Assembly: GCF_023055435.1 (NCBI RefSeq)
Contig: NW_025963957.1
Span: 5,146,001 to 5,210,000, forward strand
Length of the DNA: 64,000 nt
Direction of reading: 5' to 3'
Origin: Haliotis rufescens
Taxonomy: Eukaryota
The notes under the pieces were generated by a model. The model made no database searches, was not told where the DNA came from, and was given only the letters and a program-made list of their open reading frames with translations. The translations under genes and the position numbers were made by a program. Each line of letters opens with the position of its first letter. The stretch's first letter is position 1. Positions 49,816-62,205 of this stretch are shown here, in pieces.

Positions 49816-52057
49816 CTGAAGTATAACATATGGCTTAAAGAAATATAGATGCGTATATTGTATCTGAAGAAAAGATAGGGTCTGAAACAAACACTGATTT
49901 GCCTTCATAGAACATGTGAGAGAATGTACCCACACCTACATCCAATGATGTAACATCTTAATACGACATGCGTATTTAGAATTAATATTACAGACAACAG
50001 AAGACACCTCGCCACACTCAGGACTGGGGCAAAGTCTTCAGTGACGGTGAGTGGGAAGGGAGATAACTCTTGTATCTGTAGTTTCCTGCATTTATCTGAC
50101 ATACAACGTAAATGTACATATAATAAAACGTAATGACTACATATAATTATCAAAGACCGTACAATATGGTACTGGAATACATTATGAGACTAAAGCATGC
50201 AGTTTGTGTGTTTAGTTTTGTATGATTTGAAAATAGCTGGTTCCTTGTGAAGTTTTGTATATACTTGAATGTTGTTGTCAGTGCCGTACCACAACACACT
50301 CACTCACTCACTCACTCACTCACTCACTCACTCACTCACTCACTCACTCGAATGTCCCAGATCTCTGATTCGGCAAACTGTACACAGGTTAATGAAATGC
50401 ATATGAACTCACTGGTCTGTTTTGTGGTATTCGGTTCACCTTTTCATGACATACATTTTAACAAAAGGTGTGTTCTACTTGAAAACAGCCAGCATCATCG
50501 GGGCTGTATGGAAACAGTTCTGCTATATGCACTTTTAACTTAATTATGTTAATCGTGTCACTTCCGTTTAACCTATATGTGTATATGGACTATTATTACA
50601 TACAGTTTCCTGATGGCTATATAGTGTATCATTCCCACCTTTATTGTTACCTCATAAATGGGGGCAGCTGCTCCTAAAATCATAACGGAAACGTTTCGGG
50701 CGTTTACAATGTAAGTAGTGAATATTGAGCGCCAACCGTGTGCTTACAAGTATGTGATATATAACGTATTCAGAAAGTGAAATTCACGATAGCTATCTTC
50801 CTGCTAAATCACACACACGCACACGCACACGCACACGCACACGCACACCAACACTCATGCAATCACACACACAGACACCACCACTACGCTCGCCACGAGC
50901 CCAGGTCAAGTCGGCGACACAAGCCGATCACGCTCGTTGTTCAAAGGGACATAACCCTGGTGAAATATCTGTTTATCTTCATGAAGCCTTGATCGAGTGT
51001 CCTTGTCTGCCAAGCTCCATGTTAATTAATGCTGATTCCACTAATACTTAGCAGCAAGGTACCGAGAGTGGGTAGCCTTTTCCAGCGATGAGATTTCAGC
51101 TGCTAGCCGCCTTATACAGAAATATCCAGATGCAATCCTATTTGAATCAGACAGGGAATACCTAGTCTACTTTCTGTATTAAAGTGAAATGGCAGTCGTT
51201 GTTTGACTACATGTGCACATTATACATACATATGTTGGTAAATAAAAGCAACAAACCCCTTTACATAAACAAACGACATATCTGCTACACCACAACAAGG
51301 TACTATTACAAAAAGTCATCTGTATGTATGTACACTGCTGTATAAAATGCGTCACATACCTCAATAACTGCTCCGCTGTGAATTAACTGTCTGCCCGCGT
51401 CTCACTTCCTGGTTGCTTTCCTCGTGTGTGTCACGTGACGTTGCTTCGACAACGTGATTTTGTGATGGCGCTATCTGCATGTATCAGAGTATAAGCACGT
51501 ATTCTATGAATCTATCCCAATCTATGCCATCAACATACCACACCTTTGTCGTAACGTCCTTTGTCTTTCGATGAGATATTTACCTCAAATACATGTACTA
51601 TGTATAATTCCTATTTGGAAAGTGAACTGGTGAAAACGGTGATTGGTCGGTGACCTTGCCTTCCCACCAACTTGCGCACATGTTGAGAACATTGGTTTGT
51701 TAAGATATATATATTCGTCTCACAACTACGTAGATTTTGTTGGATAGGATTATATGGAAACAAATTATATTTTTTAATTTGTTTTTATCTAGGCGCATAG
51801 TTTAGGTTATGATATCCAACATTAAACACCTCTTTTCGTTTTTGTTTTTTTCACCATCATATTGATAATAATAAATGGTGTGACCCCGAATTGAGATAAT
51901 TTACCTTTGGCCACCTGCAAATCAATTCACGTGACCAACTCAACAGCAAATCCGATGTGATACGGTTTCCGACATTGTGTCCGTCAACTTCAAGCATGGC
52001 GGTGTCTCATCAAAGTGATAGATATATCCTGGTGAACTGGTGTTGCTTATTTCAATA

Positions 52058-52122
<65 letters not shown>

Positions 52123-52897
52123 GGTCGGAAGGTCGGTGGTATGGTATCTCATTTGGCTAGCACTATAAAACCAAAATGATTCTGTACAAGAACAACCAAC
52201 AAAACACACACACACATGCATGCACGGTTACTAAAGAAGTGCAATAATTTTGACTGCAACGTGGAACCCAATTTCACCTCACCTCACCTCACCTCACCTC
52301 ACCTCACCTCACCTCACCTCACTTCACTACTTGTCTGTATCGGATGGTTTTTACAAGCATTAACTCTTCACACTACAGAGTGTGTGAGTGAGTATGATGT
52401 ACGCCGTTTTAGCTATATTACAGCAATATCATTGCAGGCAGCACCAGACGGTAAACTGGACCTGGGTCTTTTCTATTTCTCCTCCTATGTTAACGAGTCG
52501 GGTACAGTGTCGCTGTTCAGACCACTATTTGTAAGTGGAAGGTGAAGAATGAAACATTTGTAATTTGCTGAGCCAAGTTGCGACTCTTACTTCGTCCGAT
52601 AATAGAAACGAACACACAGCGTGAGCCTTTCAAATTGTCATTAACAAGGNNNNNNNNNNNNNNNNNNNNNNNNNNNNNNNNNNNNNNNNNNNNNNNNNNN
52701 NNNNNNNNNNNNNNNNNNNNNNNNNNNNNNNNNNNNNNNNNNNNNNNNNNNNNNNNNNNNNNNNNNNNNNNNNNNNNNNNNNNNNNNNNNNNNNNNNNNN
52801 NNNNNNNNNNNNNNNNNNNTTGTGTTGTGTTGAATTGTGTTGTGTTGTGTTGTGTTATGTTGTGTTGTGTTGTGTTGTGTTGTGTTGTGTTGTGTTG

Positions 52898-53058
52898 TAA
52901 CCCCATGCCATTACACTTCCACCCCCAAACTGACCACTTTGAGTAAAGCAAGCGTCGCTACAACATTCTCCTGTATGCCTGTATACTCTTGCACAACCAT
53001 CAGAGCAGTCCAGATGAAACCTGGCAGCAATAATACAATACAGTCCCAGTCTTGGTGA
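52898..53058 (-). mobile_element. Tc1 transposase fragment (paralogue of 38215-38370, remainder deleted)
   Basis: RFHLDCSDGCARVYRHTGE...GQFGGGSVMAWG, the Tc1 region following the first catalytic Asp. Confidence 0.75.
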
Positions 53059-54116
53059 CAAACACAATTCGCGAAAGCTGCAAAGGTTGTTACCTGGAAG
53101 TGTAATAAATCATGAAACACACCGTTAAGCAAGTGAACGTTGGTCGCGGATATTCTTAACAGCTCAACAACCAGTGCCATAACAAATGTACTTTATGTGA
53201 AAGAAGCTGGACTCACTTTCCGAGAATTAGCAAATAATACGTTCTTTGAGGGAAGACAACGCTGACAGGTATTAAACACAAAACGGTAATCAGACGTGAT
53301 TAAGAGGCTGAACTAGATGTGTAGAGTTGCGTCCCTTAGGTGTGACAGGAACCTATGATCGTGGGCTCGAATCACAGATTTGCTGTGATTATGTTTCTAG
53401 GTTTGCGGCACCCGGCCCGTTCTTGTGGATTTCACCTCATGTGTTAAACATCGAAACCACCCACATGCAGCTGACACGCCGTGATATAACTCACAGTCTG
53501 TTCTAAGCGCCCTCAAACAAACCTCACTCACTCGAAATGAAACGTTCTGAATCATTTCCAATTTTCCTCTTTACAAGGTTTAAATGAAGTGATACTTACT
53601 AAGAAGGGTTTTGTGTGGAATATTTCATATACCAGAGACATACCATCCATTCCTTACGTGTGTGGCTATTTAACTTGTTGCTTTTAAAAAAATGTATTAG
53701 TCTTGTTGCAATAGGAAACATTTCCTCTTATACACAGCTAAAAACATCACGTTATACAAACGTTGGACATACGCTCTATCTACGAGACCACGTAGGATAT
53801 TAGATAGATTTGGAGAAATGTGATTTGCAGTAATTCTATATAGTTGGGAATTATACATGTTATATATCATCATCATAATAGTGTTTTGGCTGAAACATGT
53901 AGCTGAAAACTTGTTATAATCGGAAAAAACGTCTAAAGATACGGGCAGTTAGTAAAACACACTTACGTATGTCCTTAAGGGTCACCTTGTAACATATAAG
54001 AATGTAACCCCTCGCCTGGACTAGATCAGTATTATAAATAATATTTCACAGGACCGAAAAGGAGTATAGTTTCTGAAACTAAAACATATTGTAACAGGTA
54101 CAGAGTGACGCGCATG

Positions 54117-55093
54117 TATTATAGGCATAAAAGTACAGTAATTAACAACTAATTAAAGTAATTAACAATTCATTAGGACACCTCCGTGATTGTATATAAA
54201 GGTCAAGAAGAGGAGTTGAAACCAGTAAGATGTAAACATAACACATTGATATATATATAGGAGACGGGCAGCTCTGATAGTTGAAGACTACGGGAGCATA
54301 CTTGGCCACGAGTAACCAGGGGTGAGGGTAGTAGGTCGAGGGCTATACATAAATGAAAAACAAGTGGAACAGAGATGAGAGGGACGGAAACGTCAGGGTC
54401 TTGAGACATATATGGTATTGGGGGGGAATAGTTCGAATTCCAAAAGGGTGAGAAGCTACATCATGGCAAGTCCGAATAAGGTGCTGGTTATTAGATAAGA
54501 GTGGGTTAGAATGATCTAGTGTAGGGGGAAAAGGTGGCTGACCAATGATAGATGGAAAAATGAGTAGAGCTGTGACGTAGGTACCGGTTTAAAAAGGGGC
54601 AAAAGCCCCAAATCGAGAGAACGGCTAAGAACGAAGAGAGAACGGCTAAGAACGAATAGAGAACGGCTAGAGAGCGGCTAGGTAGCGGCTGCGGCTGGGG
54701 AGACTACATCTGGACTGGTGCTCCGCTCTCGGCTTGTTGTCATGATCTTTCGAACCAGAAACCAAACCTAGGCACCAGCATTTCGACTGAGACTGAAGCT
54801 TTGCGGCCGAAGTCTCATAATTAAGTGACAATTAGAGTGGGTTGACCGGCAACACAAAGTTGGAATAAAAGCTGTTAAACGAAGATCACTCTTTGTGCTT
54901 GTTGGAGGAACTACAGTAATAGGTCCAAGGCCCTCGGGTACTGACATTGTACCTCTCGCTCATCCCAGACAGTCAGCACCAAAGAACGAGGGGATTACCG
55001 TAGTTCAGGTGAAGAGGTACGCGACTGGCTATACCCTGGTAATTAACGACAATTACCGCCGGTAATTAAGGCGTTTTAAAATTACCTTGGATA
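54117..55093 (+). repeat. 5' LTR
   Basis: TATTATAGGC...CCTTGGATA. TATA-like TTTAAAA at ~54588, AATAAA at ~54864, internal GAGAACGGCTA repeats. Confidence 0.92.
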
Positions 55094-55095
55094 CG

Positions 55096-55113
55096 TGGTG
55101 GAGATGCGGGGTA
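55096..55113 (+). promoter_or_regulatory. primer binding site complementary to the tRNA-Ala 3' end
   Basis: TGGTGGAGATGCGGGGTA, 2 nt after the LTR. It complements ...CCCCGCATCTCCACCA, the typical eukaryotic tRNA-Ala 3' end. Confidence 0.8.
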
Positions 55114-58100
55114 CGATCTTCCCTGACGACTGCCAAAAAGCATTGTCAGGTGACGGTATGCAGCGGTTGCACAAGTGAAGAGACGGAGTGAAGCGGTTTC
55201 ATGAGTGAAGTGAAGTTGTGCAGCGGTTGCACAAGCGAAGTGGCGGTGTGAAGCGGTTGCACAGATTCCCTCCTTAGTGGTACATGGTCAGTGCCGACAC
55301 GGTGAATACGCCAGGCCAAGTCAGTGCAAACTAGTGAGAGTTGACTGTGCAGTGGTTGCACGAGAACTTCCACTGTGAGGGAGATTACAGTCGTTGGGAG
55401 GAACGGTGCAGACGTTTGCACATCCGGAACGGTGCAGACGGTTGCACATCCATGGACCACTCCGGGCTCACTATGGAGGGGCGTTGGGAGAGACGAGCGG
55501 ATGGTTACACCTGGACCCAGTGGTGGGGTGACGTGCAAGGAAGTGATGGACAGAACTAACAATTGTGACATTTTAACATTTTGTGTGGTGCAAAGTTTCA
55601 TTGGACCGAGCCTGGTTAGGTAAGCAATATTTTGATGCATTGTGTTGAATACATATTGTAAAAGAACGAGATCCTTGAACATAATCATGCCACTAACACA
55701 AGACTCAAACAATAACGGTACAACAGTCGATCAACAGGGTAGGCGTGGGTCGGCTTTATTTTCAATTCCACTCACAAGTTGTAAGGTCGTTCCATCTGAC
55801 CTAGTGAGCCCAGCACTAATAATAAGCACTCCGGTAGCATACCAGTCTCATGGTGCCAGTACACATTTCAGGCCCTCAGTGAATGGGAGCATCACCGGCC
55901 TCGCACGGCTTGGCGAGGTAATTGAGAGATAATTGCTCCTAGCAAATCTTGAAGAAAACATCTCCCAATGAAATTCCTCGAACTTAGTCATTGTGCTAAA
56001 TAGTGCCAATGACCTTACTGACATGAAACAACAAACGTTTGATCCATTTACTTACTTTTTACAAGTGGTCAGACATCAAACGGCTATAATTAGTTGAAAC
56101 AAGGATGATTGTATCAGGGATCTTGTTCTTGGAAATGCATCTCAGAATGTAAAAATATTTGTGATTACTAGACGATATTCTACACTTGCTAAAGTTATTT
56201 AGAAAACAGCTTACGCTGCCGGGTCCCCTCAGTTTGAGTCAAAAGTAAGCTTGCAATTCACTTACTGAGTGAACAGGTGGACTAGCCACTAATTCGCGAC
56301 AATCTTCACTCCAACCAATAAATGTTGTTAATTTGAGCCAGTACCTTCGTGCCCAAACACCACAAGACACACTCACCTACCTAGATCCTTAGAGACACAT
56401 ACACGGTCAACATTTTACTGTCCACAGAATAACAGTCATAATCCAGGCAAAACCACCATGGCAGTGACATTTTACAAATAGAGCAGAAAGTTCCCACCAT
56501 CCCCCGGGCAACCATACACGTGTAGGGGAGGTGGTATACTACACTCCAACGTAGGGTTCGCAAGTTACTCACAGCACACTTTGTGGCACAAGCCTAACCT
56601 CTCCCGGCCAGCAATCTCTCCCCCCTCCCCCCCCCCCCCCCCCTCACTGAATCTGATACTCATAACCATGATCTTGTCAGCTGTTGCCCTGCTCCAGTAA
56701 AACAGGCAGGGGCGAGCGAGCTGGTCTGAGTTGTTTACAGTATGGCACTGATGGTGTGGGCCAGTGTCTATTCATTAAAAACAGTTATTCCTTGAATTAC
56801 GTTCAGTATGGTAACCATCTATATACATATCGGGCTTCAGCCCATTTAGGCAATTCATTAATCATTATTAATGATAGCAGTTATGGGGTAGGCGCACACT
56901 GAGGTATGTTAGTACAAGAAACCCTTAGTAAAAAAAAAAAAGAAAAAAAAAAGAAACCCATATAATTTTGATAGAAACCAATAACTCCAATAAATTGAAA
57001 AAGATCCAAACTGAGATGAGAGATTCCGCTTTGAAAAATTGTAGACTTGCTTCATTTTTAGGGCTATATCGTTACAGTAAGAGCTCGGCGGGAGAAAAAT
57101 AAGGTTCAGGTTCTGTGAGGCAGACTAGTAATTTAGTAGCATCATGGTATTTATATCTAAGGAAAACCAAAATAAAAATATTCCTATATAGTTCGTTTTA
57201 ACTGAACTTCTCGCCTTTACATAAATATCACCAGAAGACCATGAGCATCAATAGTAGCACTGGGCGGAAACAGGATGTCCATAGGAGTATGAACACCTAT
57301 AGGACTATTAAGATAATTCTTATTATGTCAAATATTGAATCCAGTTTATTAGTGCTACTTCATGAAAAAAAATATAAAAAACAACAACTCAAAACAAACA
57401 AACAAAACCCTACTTGATTTGTTAATTAAAAACATTTGTTTATGTTATTCATCAATGTCTACTGTGGTGCCTTTGATATTTGCCTACAAAATTGACTTGA
57501 TAAACGTTTCATGATAAAAGAGTTATACTTTGTAAAATGTGTTTCCTGCTTTGAAAAGCATTTGAAAGGCAATTGTGTTACGCCCAATGAACGAAAATCC
57601 AAATGGTTCAGCTATAAGTGGACCGATATCTTTTTAATCTGCAGAACATAGATAAGATGAGATAGATAAGATAATATCTATTGCAGAAACATTCCATCAC
57701 AGGACCTGTTATTGCTGGAATATTGCTGAAAGCGGCGTAAAGCTAAAACTCACTCACTCAACGGTTGATAAGGTTGAAGGGGTATTTATTGTTTAAAATA
57801 ATAGACATGGAAACATATGCAATTGATATTGATGGCTTCATTGTTTGACAGGATGCTGTGTCATGGCTGTGAACATGTATATTTCTTTCTTGAACGTACA
57901 GTGAAGTAGGTAGAGCGACAAGTTCAATATTTAATTTATAGTTACCTAATCTTAGTTTAGAAATATAAATGTTTCGAAAGTTGTAAAAATTACATCAATA
58001 TCAGTACGTCAGACCTTTTACCCCTCCACTGCATTTGAACTCGTCAATAGATCACCAAAACCTGGCCCTTCCCTAATAGTAGACCGCCAAAAGGAGAAAC

Positions 58101-58575
58101 CATGGCATGTGCTCAGGAATTCTTCTCTACCCTCCCACCCCCACCCCCCTCTCTCGATGAGCAACCCAACCTATGCCCCTGGAATAAATGTATCCGGTTA
58201 TCAGATTATAAGTGACCACAGCGGTGCTGGTACCCCCTATTCATCAACAAACTTGGCACACTTGGTACCTCCGGTGGCCTGGTACTGGCCTCAGTGTCAA
58301 CTATCGACATGGATGCTAGGTCAAATAACCCCAAACACCCTGTCCCCACTGGTGATATGTCATCAACCTATGTGTCAATTATGGTAGCATTTAAAGCATC
58401 TCATGGTGGATAGGATTTCAGGAGAGAATAGTATAACAACTAATACTACCGAAATTCAAGCATAGCTTTAGCATCTGACACACGACACATACCAAGAATG
58501 GTGGCAGGCATACCTCAATACCAAAGGGATGTTCACCTAAAGATGTACATATATTGATCCATTTGAATTAAGGAA

Positions 58576-59590
58576 ATAATGCCGACGAGATGGTTTCTTG
58601 TCGAGGATGTAATACCGACGAGATGGTTTCTGGTTTATTGCCAAGGATGTAATGCGGACGAGATGGTTTATTGCCACGGACGTACTGCCGACGAGATGGG
58701 TTTCTTGTCGAGGATGTAATGCCGACGAGATGGTTTCTTGTCGAGGATGTAATACCGACGAGATGGTTTCTGGTTTATTGCCAAGGATGTAATGCAGACG
58801 AGATGGTCTATTGCCACGGACGTACTGCCGACGAGATGGGTTTCTTGTCGAGGATGTAATGCCGACGAGATGGTTTCTTGTCGAGGATGTAATGCCGACG
58901 AGATGGTTTCTGGTTTATTGCCAAGGATGTAATGCAGACGAGATGGTTTATTGCCACGGACGTACTGCCGACGAGATGGGTTTCTTGTCGAGGATGTAAT
59001 GCCGACGAGATGGTTTCTTGTCGAGGATGTAATGCCGACGAGATGGTTTCTTGTCGAGGATGTAATGCCGACGAGATGGTTTCTGGTTTATTGCCAAGGA
59101 TGTAATGCAGACGAGATGGTTTATTGCCACGGACGTACTGCCGACGAGATGGGTTTCTTGTCGAGGATGTAATGCCGACGAGATGGTTTCTTGTCGAGGA
59201 TGTAATACCGACGAGATGGTTTCTGGTTTATTGCCAAGGATGTAATGCAGACGAGATGGTTTATTGCCACGGACGTACTGCCGACGAGATGGGTTTCTTG
59301 TCGAGGATGTAATGCCGACGAGATGGGTTTCTTGTCGAGGATGTTATACCGACGAGATGGTTTCTGGTTTATTGCCAAGGATGTAATGCAGACGAGATGG
59401 TTTATTGCCACGGACGTACTGCCGACGAGATGGGTTTCTTGTCGAGGATGAAATACCGACGAGATGGTTTCTTGTCGAGGATGAAATACCGACGAGATTG
59501 TTTCTTGTCGAGGAAGTAATGCCGACGAGATGGTTTCTTGTCAAGGAAGTAATGCCGACGAGTTTGGTTCTTGTCGAGGAAGTAATGTCA
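58576..59590. repeat. composite minisatellite (33/34/40-bp variants, 140-bp higher-order unit) inside the LTR element
   Basis: About 29 GACGAG cores. The identical spurious ORF MPRTYCRRD recurs at 58671, 58811 and 58951. Confidence 0.9.
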
Positions 59591-61215
59591 ACAGGGTTAT
59601 AATTATTTAGGTGGAGTCAGTGATGTAGCGTATCATAGGATAGATATCAGGGGTGTCAGGATTAAGAACATGTCGCCTACCACCAGTGCGCAATGGAGGT
59701 GGGTGACATGTGGGAAACTGGTATCAAATAATAGGAGGTGCCTGCCGCCACGTAACTTCATAACGAAAGTGAATTTTATTGCCCGGACCGAATAGCCATC
59801 TTCTGCAAGGGTGATAGTCGGTTCTGTCGTACAGGACATGGGCGCCAGGAATTATTGATGTTACTATAACGGCACAACATGATGACACCAGACAAATTGA
59901 CTACTACACCGGTAGATAGCACACTTACATTACAGACAAGCTGACTAACGAATCGACAGGTATAATAGCCAACTATACCACCTTGGGGCCACCGAGAGAG
60001 ATCTGAAATAATTGCCGACCAGGTCGTGTTGCTTATTGGGCAGGTACACCTTAAAAATCACATGACATGTCATGGCCCCTTATCAGACAGAACCCGATAC
60101 ACGGAAAAATAACTTGAAGTGAAAGTAGTGAAAGCTCACTCCCACGAGTCACTTATACAAGAGCAAATCCAAGTTAAGCCCATGGTGTTGATACTCCTAA
60201 AATTAAAAACAAAAACAACAACAACAAAATACATAATAACAGACAGAAACAACAACGATTGTGACCGTCATATGTTGGCTGGCTACTCATATGAGAACGA
60301 TCCTTGGCTCAGGGTCTCACCATGTCGTGTACACGAATATAGACATAATATAATTTCGCTTACACAAATATCCATTGGGATACCATGAGTGAAGATTGTT
60401 GCCTGAGAATTATTAAAAATTACATTGGTGTATCACCCTTTCGAATTGTCCATCCTTCTTATGGAATTGAGAATCACATAAGTGTGTGACCCTTTCGAAT
60501 TGTCCATCCTTCATGTTCTGTTAAGGAATATTGGAGTAACCTCTTGTAATCGTACAAATCATAACAGGGTGATTCATTGTAATTTTACGTAAAGGGTGTG
60601 ACCCTTCTGAACTTGTCCATGCTACTTGTACTTGTACTACGAATCATTGTACACTGGTTAAATTGTCCACGTTATTTACGGTATCAAGAATACATGGAAG
60701 GTAACATTTGACAAACTGTCATTGGTGGGATTGATAAAGTGATGATCCCCGACAGGTCTGAAAACATTGCAGGTAGGTTACTCCTGAAATTATTTAGTTA
60801 GCAAACTAGCGTGTTGTATTATCGAATAGTATGAAATTGTTAGTCCAAGGGCTTTGTACTATGAAACCGGATTTCCGGGAATATATCAATGTATGTATTG
60901 GAATGTATCTCAATGTGTATGTTAGGTTGCGGTCAACCAAATCCACTTGTTGCAAGACTAATAATAGGAATAATTATCTCGTATATTTACTGAACGTTCA
61001 GAACAAGGCCCGGATCCCTGCGTCACAGCATCCAAGAGTGTGGGGACACACTCTTCGCCAGAACGGGGGTCGTATTATAGGCACGAAAGCGTAATACATA
61101 TTTAGATAATAAAAGGGTAGTTAAATCAATAGGTCATAGAAATAAGAGGGAATATATACCAGATAATATAACAAGAATTGGCACCATCTCAGAGTGTGGG
61201 GACACACTCTTCGCC

Positions 61216-61226
61216 AGAACGGGGGT
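61216..61226 (+). promoter_or_regulatory. polypurine-tract-like plus-strand primer site
   Basis: AGAACGGGGG(T) ends 2-3 nt before the 3' LTR. Confidence 0.6.
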
Positions 61227-61228
61227 CG

Positions 61229-62205
61229 TATTATAGGCATAAAAGTACAGTAATTAACAACTAATTAAAGTAATTAACAATTCATTAGGACACCTCCGTG
61301 ATTGTATATAAAGGTCAAGAAGAGGAGTTGAAACCAGTAAGATGTAAACATAACACATTGATATATATATAGGAGACGGGCAGCTCTGATAGTTGAAGAC
61401 TACGGGAGCATACTTGGCCACGAGTAACCAGGGGTGAGGGTAGTAGGTCGAGGGCTATACATAAATGAAAAACAAGTGGAACAGAGATGAGAGGGACGGA
61501 AACGTCAGGGTCTTGAGACATATATGGTATTGGGGGGGAATAGTTCGAATTCCAAAAGGGTGAGAAGCTACATCATGGCAAGTCCGAATAAGGTGCTGGT
61601 TATTAGATAAGAGTGGGTTAGAATGATCTAGTGTAGGGGGGAAAGGTGGCTGACCAATGATAGATGGAAAAATGAGTAGAGCTGTGACGTAGGTACCGGT
61701 TTAAAAAGGGGCAAAAGCCCCAAATCGAGAGAACGGCTAAGAACGAAGAGAGAACGGCTAAGAACGAATAGAGAACGGCTAGAGAGCGGCTAGGTAGCGG
61801 CTGCGGCTGGGGAGACTACATCTGGACTGGTGCTCCGCTCTCGGCTTGTTGTCATGATCTTTCGAACCAGAAACCAAACCTAGGCACCAGCATTTCGACT
61901 GAGACTGAAGCTTTGCGGCCGAAGTCTCATAATTAAGTGACAATTAGAGTGGGTTGACCGGCAACACAAAGTTGGAATAAAAGCTGTTAAACGAAGATCA
62001 CTCTTTGTGCTTGTTGGAGGAACTACAGTAATAGGTCCAAGGCCCTCGGGTACTGACATTGTACCTCTCGCTCATCCCAGACAGTCAGCACCAAAGAACG
62101 AGGGGATTACCGTAGTTCAGGTGAAGAGGTACGCGACTGGCTATACCCTGGTAATTAACGACAATTACCGCCGGTAATTAAGGCGTTTTAAAATTACCTT
62201 GGATA
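61229..62205 (+). repeat. 3' LTR
   Basis: Same length and sequence as the 5' LTR. I noticed only one A/G substitution, near 54529/61641. Confidence 0.92.

Larger units (their letters stand above)
39119..53140. repeat. segmental duplication unit 2 (B'-A-B-C)
   Basis: B' 39119-39780, A 39790-44435, B 44430-45235, C ~45235-53140. Confidence 0.88.
54117..62205 (+). mobile_element. young non-autonomous LTR retrotransposon (LARD-like, probably Gypsy-related), 8089 bp
   Basis: Two 977-bp near-identical LTRs, CATG TSD (54113-54116, 62206-62209), PBS and purine tract. Empty sites exist in the paralogous units (~26800, ~40150). No long gag/pol ORF. Confidence 0.92.

Noticed and set aside
55146-55712. 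188-aa minus-strand ORF in the LTR leader
   Set aside because: Antisense reading of the hairpin repeats, with no gag or other motif.
58576-59590. CRISPR-like array of palindromic repeats
   Set aside because: No unique spacers and no cas genes, in a eukaryotic context; it is a composite minisatellite. Its ORFs are artefacts.
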